A stretch of 34,265 nucleotides of DNA, taken from assembly GCA_947585885.1 (NCBI GenBank), contig CANPXI010000001.1, forward strand, positions 1 to 34,265. The letters run 5' to 3'. This document shows, one piece after another, positions 1-6,367 of the stretch. The notes under the pieces were generated by a model that saw nothing but the letters and a program-made list of their open reading frames with translations, did no database searches and was not told where the DNA came from. Position numbers and translations under genes: made by a program. Origin of the DNA: an uncultured Bacilli bacterium (GTDB lineage Bacteria > Bacillota_I > Bacilli_A > RF39 > UBA660). Each line of letters opens with the position of its first letter. Positions within the stretch are counted from its first letter, which is position 1.

Positions 1-277
1 CTTCAAGTCCACTAAGCCCTATATTAGCATCTCCTGATAAAACTGCACTAGCAACCTTATCAGCACCACTTGTTAAAACAACATCAACATCAAGCCCTTC
101 TTCTTCAAAATAACCATTATGAATAGCAACATAAAAAGGAGCATAAAACACACTATGAGTAACTTCAGCAACAACTATCTTTTCACCCTCATTATTTTTA
201 CTGAATCCATAATAAATCATTCCAAAACAAGCAAGACCTAAAACTAAAACACCTACTATATAACTTAACTTTTTCAT
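1..277 (-). CDS. ABC-transporter substrate-binding protein, NMT1/THI5 (NitT/TauT-like) family; 5' fragment whose 3' end lies beyond the window
   Basis: Absent from the ORF track because it runs off the edge. The reverse complement of 277..1 reads MKKLSYIVGVLVLGLACFGMIYYGFSKNNEGEKIVVAEVTHSVFYAPFYVAIHNGYFEEEGLDVDVVLTSGADKVASAVLSGDANIGLSGLE. It has an N-terminal hydrophobic signal/anchor and an SD-like GAGAGG just upstream of the ATG at 275-277. The VAEVTHSVFYAPFYVA...GYF..EGLDV pattern is typical of this binding-protein family. Confidence 0.65.
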   Translation of the reverse strand, partial: MKKLSYIVGVLVLGLACFGMIYYGFSKNNEGEKIVVAEVTHSVFYAPFYVAIHNGYFEEEGLDVDVVLTSGADKVASAVLSGDANIGLSGLE

Positions 278-326
278 AAAACCTCTCTTTCCCTAATAGT
301 ATATGAGTAAATAAAGAATATGCCAT

Positions 327-356
327 AAAAAAAAGAACCTACATAGTGTAAGTTCT
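327..356 (-). terminator. Rho-independent terminator of the SleB-like hydrolase gene
   Basis: On the - strand: AGAACUUACA-CUA-UGUAGGUUCU (10-bp stem with one G-U pair, 3-nt loop; + strand 334-343/347-356) followed by U8 (+ strand A8 at 327-334). The stem overlaps the TAG stop at 355-357. Confidence 0.75.
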
Positions 357-1248
357 ACTTTAATGTTAAACCATAATCATCTTCAATTTCTAACATATTT
401 TGATAATAGCTTCTCTCTTCTAAAGGAATAATATCTTCTTCATCTAAAACAGAGAAATAATTATTACCTCTACTAGAAAACTTAACTCTACCTGGTTTTT
501 CACAACCATTAGCCCTAAAAGATAAGAAGTTATGATAACTTTCTTCATTATAAACATCTTCTTTAGCTTTATCTGTTTCAGTTACTGTATCATAAAAATA
601 ATTAAGTACAGCTTCATATCTATCTCCTTCAGTAATTCCTAAAAATAATTTATATCTTCCATCAGAAATAACTGAAAATTGACTAGGTGCAGTAAAAATA
701 TCATAAATTGTAACATCATCTTTATTAATACCAAATGCATTAGCTGTAGATTGAACCCAAACTTTACTTATAGATCTATTAAATACAGTACAAGCAACTG
801 CAACAGTATCTTCTATACTATCCTCTTGAGCTTCAGCAAAAATTCCACCAAATACTTTATCAAGTTCTTCATCAGTAACATCAAAAACTCCACACAAAAA
901 CTCTCTCTTTTCTTCTAAAGTTAACTCATGGGGTTCTTCTTCTATAGCTTTACTTTCGTTAATAGAAGAAAAATCATATTTTTTTAAGCCATCAAAATTA
1001 TAATCATTCATTAAATTACTACTAATAGAATGATTTTCTAAACTATAACTTACTAATTTATCATGAGCAATAACTAATTCTTGAGAACTACTATTTTTTT
1101 CTTCATTTGTAGCATTAGTTTTCTTAGGTGAACCTAACATATTAAAAGCAATCAGTACAGCTAAAGCACTAACACCAACATTCTTTAAAATAACCTTTTC
1201 ACGTAAAGTTTTTAAATTATTAATTAATTCAGAATATTTATTAGTCAT
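355..1248 (-). CDS. Membrane-anchored cell-wall hydrolase, SleB/CwlJ-like (Hydrolase_2) C-terminal domain
   Basis: The track ORF is 355..1305, but the second Met (MTNKYSELINNL...) has a strong SD (AAAGGGGG, 9 nt upstream), and the 1249-1305 extension overlaps the consensus plsC promoter. It has one N-terminal TM (VGVSALAVLIAFNMLG). The C-terminal motifs FAEAQEDSIEDTVAVACTVFNR and APSQFSV match the SleB-type hydrolase core. Confidence 0.6.
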   Translation of the reverse strand: MTNKYSELINNLKTLREKVILKNVGVSALAVLIAFNMLGSPKKTNATNEEKNSSSQELVIAHDKLVSYSLENHSISSNLMNDYNFDGLKKYDFSSINESKAIEEEPHELTLEEKREFLCGVFDVTDEELDKVFGGIFAEAQEDSIEDTVAVACTVFNRSISKVWVQSTANAFGINKDDVTIYDIFTAPSQFSVISDGRYKLFLGITEGDRYEAVLNYFYDTVTETDKAKEDVYNEESYHNFLSFRANGCEKPGRVKFSSRGNNYFSVLDEEDIIPLEERSYYQNMLEIEDDYGLTLK

Positions 1249-1307
1249 AAAAAAAGTACCCCCTTTTTCTGCATTAATTGTACCATATAAATCACTATTT
1301 GTCAACC

Positions 1308-1336
1308 TTGAAAAACCACTTAATTTTATTTATAAT
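1308..1336 (+). promoter_or_regulatory. Sigma-A-type promoter for the plsC pair
   Basis: TTGAAA (1308-1313), 17-nt spacer, TATAAT (1331-1336). The SD AAGGAG is at 1344-1349 and the ATG at 1355. Confidence 0.7.
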
Positions 1337-1354
1337 TAAACCATAAGGAGTACT

Positions 1355-1933
1355 ATGAAAAAATATATATTATATAGAATTGCTAGACCTGTTATAAAGC
1401 TATTTATGACGTTTACTTATAAAGTTCAAATCATAGATAAAGAAAACATTCCTAAAAATGGTAGATGCATACTAGCAGGTAACCATACAAATAACTTTGA
1501 CCCATTACTTATAATGTCTAGTACAAAAAGAACAATAAGATTTTTAGCAAAAAAAGAGCTACATAAAGGAGTATTAAAACCCTTATTTATGAGTGCTGGT
1601 ACAATTCCAGTAGATAGGTCTATTAAAGATGAATCAGTAAAACTAAGAAGTATAGAAGCATTAAATAATGAAGAACTTCTTTGTATATTCCCTGAAGGCA
1701 CAATTAACAGAACAAAAGACACAATCATGCCTTTTAAATATGGAACAGTTTCATATGCATTAAAAACTTCTTCTCCTATTGTCCCTTTTATAATAACAGG
1801 TAAATATAAATTATTTAAAAAAAATATAAAAATTAAATTCCTAAAACCATATAAATTAGTAACAGATAACTTAGAACTAGAAAACAAAAAACTAATGAAT
1901 ATAATAAAAGAAGAACTGGAGGCTTCTATATGA
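1355..1933 (+). CDS. plsC: 1-acyl-sn-glycerol-3-phosphate acyltransferase family protein
   Basis: HxxxxD acyltransferase motif (NHTNNFD), FPEGT motif, and an N-terminal hydrophobic segment. Good SD. Confidence 0.8.
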   Translation: MKKYILYRIARPVIKLFMTFTYKVQIIDKENIPKNGRCILAGNHTNNFDPLLIMSSTKRTIRFLAKKELHKGVLKPLFMSAGTIPVDRSIKDESVKLRSIEALNNEELLCIFPEGTINRTKDTIMPFKYGTVSYALKTSSPIVPFIITGKYKLFKKNIKIKFLKPYKLVTDNLELENKKLMNIIKEELEASI

Positions 1934-2517
1934 CAAACTTTTTCTATAAATTTTTTAAATTAATACTAAAGCCAATTTATATTTTATACTATAACCCTAA
2001 AATATATAACAAAGAGAATTTAAGTGTTGAAGGTAGTGTAGTAATCGCAGGAAACCATATACACTTAATGGATCAATGTAACACTATAATTTCAACAAAA
2101 AGAATAATACACTATATGGCTAAAAGAGAATACTTTGATAGTGCTAAAACAAGATGGTTCTTTAAAATAACTGGGTGTATCCCTGTAGATAGATCAAAAA
2201 AAGATGATAATGCAGTATCTGCTGCCCTTGACGTCCTAAATAAAGGCGGAGCTATTGGAATATTTCCAGAAGGAACAAGAAATAAAACAAAAGAGAAACT
2301 TCTCCCATTTAAATTTGGTGCTGTATCACTTGCAGAAAAAACTGAATCATATATAATCCCAGTTGCAGTAACAGGAACCTATAAATTTAGAAGTAAAAAC
2401 TTAAAAATAAAATTTGGTAAACCATTTAAAATAGAAAACATGACCCTAGAAGAAGCAAACAACAAACTGTATAACGAAATAAGTCAAATGATTGATGAAT
2501 TAAAACAAATTGCATAG
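1930..2517 (+). CDS. 1-acyl-sn-glycerol-3-phosphate acyltransferase family protein (tandem paralog)
   Basis: NHIHLMD and FPEGTRN motifs. ATGA start/stop overlap with the upstream gene, and GGAGG 8 nt upstream. Confidence 0.8.
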   Translation: MTNFFYKFFKLILKPIYILYYNPKIYNKENLSVEGSVVIAGNHIHLMDQCNTIISTKRIIHYMAKREYFDSAKTRWFFKITGCIPVDRSKKDDNAVSAALDVLNKGGAIGIFPEGTRNKTKEKLLPFKFGAVSLAEKTESYIIPVAVTGTYKFRSKNLKIKFGKPFKIENMTLEEANNKLYNEISQMIDELKQIA

Positions 2518-2534
2518 AATATTCTATGCTTTTT
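2512..2534 (+). terminator. Rho-independent terminator after the plsC pair
   Basis: Perfect palindrome GCATAGAATATTCTATGC (2512-2529) followed by T5 (2530-2534). The TAG stop lies in the stem. Confidence 0.75.
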
Positions 2535-2583
2535 AAATAAAGTGTAAAATTTATGTGAAATATAATAAAAACATATGAAAATT

Positions 2584-2592
2584 TGATATAAT
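2584..2592 (+). promoter_or_regulatory. Extended -10 element (TGaTATAAT) upstream of the autolysin gene
   Basis: TG at 2584-2585 and TATAAT at 2587-2592. I saw no good -35. The SD AAGGAGG is at 2608-2614. Confidence 0.4.
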
Positions 2593-2620
2593 ATAAACTG
2601 ATATTAAAGGAGGTACCAGT

Positions 2621-4867
2621 ATGAAAAAACTAAGCGTTATTATATTTACTTTCATATTAAGTTTAACTTGCATAAAAAGTATAAACGCATTAGCTGGTTA
2701 TACTAGAGAAGACGACATACTAGTTAGAACTGGACCAGGTACTGGATACCAATATGTTGACGAATTACCAGGAAACTATGTTTTAGATTTAGTTGATTCT
2801 ACTCTTTATAATGTAGGTGACTCTTCTTGTTCAGTAGGTTGGTATAAAATAAATTTTAAAGGAAGTGTTAGATACATTTGTGGTATCTATGTTTCAATTG
2901 GTACACCACCATCAAATACACCAAGTTATAACACAGACACATATGATGCAAGAATATATGGAACTTCTATACAAGTAAGATCAGGAGCAACAAGTAGTTC
3001 AACTCTAAAAACATATCTAATGCCAGGAGCAGACATAGTAATAACTGGTAAAAAAGTATCAGGTTCAGGATGCTCTGACGGATGGTACCCAATAACATAT
3101 TATAAAAAAGAAACAGGTTATGTTTGTTCAACTTATGTAAGAACAAAAAGTGAAATAACTGCAAGTAACCCTGAATATGAAAAAGTATTAAAAGATAAAG
3201 GTTTTCCTGACTCATACATTCCATACTTAGTAAAACTTCACGAAATGCACCCAGCATGGGAATTCACACCAATAAATACTAACCTTAGTTGGAATAACGT
3301 AGTAAGTGGAGAATCAACAAAAAACTATCTTAATAGTTTATATGTTAACAGTACAACAAAATCTATATATACAAAATATTTATCAAATGAATCTGGGTGG
3401 TATGTAGCAACTGATGCAGTAAATGCTTTCTACTTAGACCCAAGAAATTTCTTAACAGAAAAATTTGTATTTATGTTTGAAAAATTAAATTATGACTATG
3501 GAACTGACTCAAAAAAAGAATATAGTAAAGACTATACAACTGCAAAAAAATACTATAGTGACTTAAAAAAGATTTTTGCAGGTACTTACTTAGATGATGA
3601 TAAATATATAGACACATTTATAAAAGCAGGTTTTACTTATAATGTAAGCCCAGACCACCTAGCAAGCCGTGCTATACAAGAAGGAATGGGTAGAACTACT
3701 AATGAATCAATAACAGGTACATTTAATAAAAAATATAAGAGTTATAGCTTAGTTGGTTACTATAACTACTATAATATACATGCATACTATAGTGATGGAT
3801 ATGACCCAACTACTAATGGACTAGCTTATGCCTGTGGGGCAAACTGTGGAGGCTCTAACACATACTTAAGACCATGGAACACAAGAGAAAAAGCTATCGT
3901 TGGTGGAGCTTACTGGATTGCAGACGGTTACATAGATGTTGGACAACACACATTATATTTCCAAAAATTTAACACAAGTCCATTATATGATAATGGTAAA
4001 TCATCATACACTCACCAATATCAAACTAACGTCCAAGCTCCAGTTACTGAAGGTGTATCAGTATTTGAAGCCTATAGAGATAATAAACAATTAGATCAAA
4101 GAATAGAATTTGATATACCTATATATAAAAATATGCCAGACGTTGTAAGTCTACCTAAAATTGCAAACACAGTTAACACACTAAAAGATATAAAAATAAA
4201 TGGAACTTCTCTATATAACTTTGATACAGACGTTCTTGAATACACAACATATGTAAGTAAAGAAACAACAAAAGTAAAAATTGAAGTAACAAAATCTGAC
4301 TCTCTAAGCACAGTAGAAGGTGACGGAGAAGTAACACTTTCTAGCGATACAACAACAAGACAAATAATAGTAACTGCAGAAAATGGAAGTAAAAGAACAT
4401 ATAAAATAACTATTAAAAGAGTAACAGATAATATAACAATAGATGAAATAATCGCAAACTTATCAACTAAACAAACAAATGGAATAATGTATAACATAAG
4501 TCCAGATACTTCATCATCTTCTCTAATAAACACAATACTAAAATTTGCTTCAAATGCAACAGTAACAATAACAAATAAAGATGGTAAAACACTAGGCGCA
4601 AACGAAACATTAAAAACAAATCAAACCTTAACAATAACTGTACCAAGTGGAGAATCAAGAAGTTATAAACTTGCTGTAACAGGAGATACAAATGAAGATG
4701 GAAAAGTAGATATAGTAGACTTATTAAGAGTCCAAAAACATATACTAAAAACAACAACTTTAACAGATGCAACTAATAAGGCTGCAGACACTAACTTTGA
4801 TGGAAAAGTAGATATAGTAGACTTATTAAGAGTCCAAAAATATATATTAAAAGTAGTAAAATTCTAA
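2621..4867 (+). CDS. Secreted peptidoglycan hydrolase: signal peptide, 2x SH3b-like, GH73-like N-acetylglucosaminidase region, cadherin-like beta-sandwich, C-terminal duplicated dockerin
   Basis: Signal peptide MKKLSVIIFTFILSLTCIKSINALA. SH3b-like repeats (SVGWYKINFKGSVRYICGIYV; SDGWYPITYYKKETGYVCSTYV). Glucosaminidase-type region (FPDSYIPYLVKLHEMHPAWEF ... ASRAIQEGMG). Cadherin-like module (LKDIKINGTSLYNFDTDVLEYTTYV...TYKITIKR). The C-terminus carries DTNEDGKVDIVDLLRVQKHILK and DTNFDGKVDIVDLLRVQKYILK, i.e. two DxNxDGxxDxxD Ca-loop plus helix segments. Confidence 0.75.
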   Translation: MKKLSVIIFTFILSLTCIKSINALAGYTREDDILVRTGPGTGYQYVDELPGNYVLDLVDSTLYNVGDSSCSVGWYKINFKGSVRYICGIYVSIGTPPSNTPSYNTDTYDARIYGTSIQVRSGATSSSTLKTYLMPGADIVITGKKVSGSGCSDGWYPITYYKKETGYVCSTYVRTKSEITASNPEYEKVLKDKGFPDSYIPYLVKLHEMHPAWEFTPINTNLSWNNVVSGESTKNYLNSLYVNSTTKSIYTKYLSNESGWYVATDAVNAFYLDPRNFLTEKFVFMFEKLNYDYGTDSKKEYSKDYTTAKKYYSDLKKIFAGTYLDDDKYIDTFIKAGFTYNVSPDHLASRAIQEGMGRTTNESITGTFNKKYKSYSLVGYYNYYNIHAYYSDGYDPTTNGLAYACGANCGGSNTYLRPWNTREKAIVGGAYWIADGYIDVGQHTLYFQKFNTSPLYDNGKSSYTHQYQTNVQAPVTEGVSVFEAYRDNKQLDQRIEFDIPIYKNMPDVVSLPKIANTVNTLKDIKINGTSLYNFDTDVLEYTTYVSKETTKVKIEVTKSDSLSTVEGDGEVTLSSDTTTRQIIVTAENGSKRTYKITIKRVTDNITIDEIIANLSTKQTNGIMYNISPDTSSSSLINTILKFASNATVTITNKDGKTLGANETLKTNQTLTITVPSGESRSYKLAVTGDTNEDGKVDIVDLLRVQKHILKTTTLTDATNKAADTNFDGKVDIVDLLRVQKYILKVVKF
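4697..4840 (+). repeat. Pair of 42-nt perfect direct repeats (4697-4738 and 4799-4840, period 102 nt) encoding the two dockerin segments
   Basis: Both copies read gatggaaaagtagatatagtagacttattaagagtccaaaaa. The flanking codons differ. Confidence 0.9.
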
Positions 4868-4877
4868 GGAGGAAAAA

Positions 4878-6329
4878 ATGAAAAAGGGATTATTTAAAAC
4901 ATTAATATTTGTGTTCTCATTTATGTTAATAGGTTTATTTCCACTACATAAACTAGATGCTGCAAGTGGAACAATATCAGTAAGGTCTAACCGTTCACAA
5001 GCTGTTATTGGAAGCACTGTAACAGTAACAGTATCTATAAACTCTGGTAATAAATTAGGTAGCTGGGAATACACTATGAGTTATGACTCTAGTAAACTAA
5101 AATTACAAAGTGGAACAAACCCAGTAGTCGGTTATGGTAATGGTTCACAAACATCTGCTTCTTACACATACACTTTTAAAATAATCGCAAGTGGAACAAG
5201 TACTGTATCAGTAAAATCTTATAGAATAGTTGATTTTGATTCTGAATCTAACATGAGTGTATCAATAAGTGGTGCTAGTATAAAAGGTATTACTGAACAA
5301 GATTTAGAAGCAAGTTATAGTAAAAATAATAATTTATCAAGTTTAGGAGTAACAGGTTACACACTAACTCCAGCATTTAATAAAAACACAACTGAATACT
5401 CTGTTGATGTACCAAGTGATGTAGAAAAAGTAACACTAACAGCAAAAACAGAAGACAGCACTGCATCAGTAACTGGTCTAGGAGAAAAAACAGTAAGTGA
5501 AGGAGAAAACAAATTTGAAATCACAGTAACTGCAGAAAATGGAAGCACTAAAAAATACACAGTAAAAGTTAATGTAAAAGATAAAAACCCTATAGAAGTA
5601 ACAGTGGATGGAAAATCATACACAGTAGTAAAACGTGCAAGTACTCTAACTGCACCTGCTACATATGAAGAAAAAACAATAAATATAAATGGTATAGAAG
5701 TACCAGGTTTTGTAAGTTCAATAACTAAATTTACTTTAGTAGGACTAAAAAGTACTGATGGAGAAACTGCACTATATAAGTATGACGCAAAAACTAATGA
5801 ATACACTTTATATAAAGAACTAAAAACAAATGGAATAACATTATTTCCAGTAACACCAAAAGAAATTCCAGAAAACTATGAAAAAGTACAAATAAAATTT
5901 AATGGTGAAGAAATAGACGCATATAAATATAAAAATACCAAAGACTTTTACTTGATATATGGAATAGACATTGAAACAGGAGACGAAACATTCTTTGAAT
6001 ATGATAAAATAAATAATACACTAAGTAGATATAACGATCAAATATTAAAAGAATTAATGACACAAAACGAAAACTATAAACTAATTATAATAGTTTTAGG
6101 TGTTGAAACAATACTATTACTTTTAGTAGTACTTATAACACTTACAAAGAAAAACAAAAGAAAGAAAAGAAAAAATGATTTAAATCATCTATTTGAAGAA
6201 GACACACCTAAAGAAGAAAAAAAGAAAGAAGAACCAAAACAAGAAAAAGAAAAAATTAAAAAAGAAGAGAAAGAAATTAAAAATGAAGAAGAAAAAAATC
6301 AAAAATTAGAAGAAAAAGATAAAAAATAA
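4878..6329 (+). CDS. Membrane-anchored cohesin-like protein: signal peptide, short cohesin-like domain, cadherin-like beta-sandwich, unassigned beta-rich region, C-terminal TM, Lys/Glu-rich cytoplasmic tail
   Basis: SD AAGGAGG. The N-terminal domain ISVRSNRSQAVIGSTVTVTVSINSGNKLGSWEYTMSYDSSKLKL follows the cohesin pattern (G.TV.V.V......G......F/Y..SYD...L). The cadherin-like module is NNNLSSLGVTGYTLTPAFNKNTTEYSVDV...KKYTVKVNV. The TM is LIIIVLGVETILLLLVVLITL, followed by a KKNKRKKRK...EEKDKK tail. Confidence 0.55.
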   Translation: MKKGLFKTLIFVFSFMLIGLFPLHKLDAASGTISVRSNRSQAVIGSTVTVTVSINSGNKLGSWEYTMSYDSSKLKLQSGTNPVVGYGNGSQTSASYTYTFKIIASGTSTVSVKSYRIVDFDSESNMSVSISGASIKGITEQDLEASYSKNNNLSSLGVTGYTLTPAFNKNTTEYSVDVPSDVEKVTLTAKTEDSTASVTGLGEKTVSEGENKFEITVTAENGSTKKYTVKVNVKDKNPIEVTVDGKSYTVVKRASTLTAPATYEEKTININGIEVPGFVSSITKFTLVGLKSTDGETALYKYDAKTNEYTLYKELKTNGITLFPVTPKEIPENYEKVQIKFNGEEIDAYKYKNTKDFYLIYGIDIETGDETFFEYDKINNTLSRYNDQILKELMTQNENYKLIIIVLGVETILLLLVVLITLTKKNKRKKRKNDLNHLFEEDTPKEEKKKEEPKQEKEKIKKEEKEIKNEEEKNQKLEEKDKK

Positions 6330-6339
6330 AAAGTATATG

Positions 6340-6348
6340 TGATATAAT
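6340..6348 (+). promoter_or_regulatory. Extended -10 element (TGaTATAAT) upstream of the LCP gene
   Basis: TG at 6340-6341 and TATAAT at 6343-6348. The SD GAAGGAG is just before the ATG at 6368. Confidence 0.4.
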
Positions 6349-6367
6349 GTGAAAGAAGGAGAAAAAA

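Noticed and set aside
679-918. Many short or medium ORFs in the track lie antisense to, or out of frame with, longer genes (e.g. 679..918+, 1426..1887-, 2967..3257-, 4096..4533-, 4467..4772-, 4847..5074-, 5357..5806-, 6481..6696-, 8716..8940-, 9431..9760-, 10596..10976-, 11516..12253-, 13902..14111-, 14370..14609+, 14704..15342-, 16168..16419-, 17047..17352-, 18083..18277-, 24257..24454-, 27730..27924-, 28821..29042-, 29452..29745-, 29836..30090-, 31325..31588-, 31886..32089-, 32135..32317-, 33034..33429-).
   Set aside because: Each lies fully inside a longer ORF that has clear family motifs and a ribosome-binding site. Their translations are low-complexity (Leu/Ile/Phe/Ser-rich), as expected from shadow frames of AT-rich coding DNA, and none has a convincing SD.
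1249-1305. The 19-codon N-terminal extension of the 355..1305 ORF (MTNSDLYGTINAEKGGTFF).
   Set aside because: The internal ATG at 1246-1248 has a strong SD (AAAGGGGG), which is itself encoded within the extension. The extension also overlaps the divergent TTGAAA-17-TATAAT promoter. Similar over-extended starts were trimmed for 8943, 16418, 25521, 28012 and 31218.
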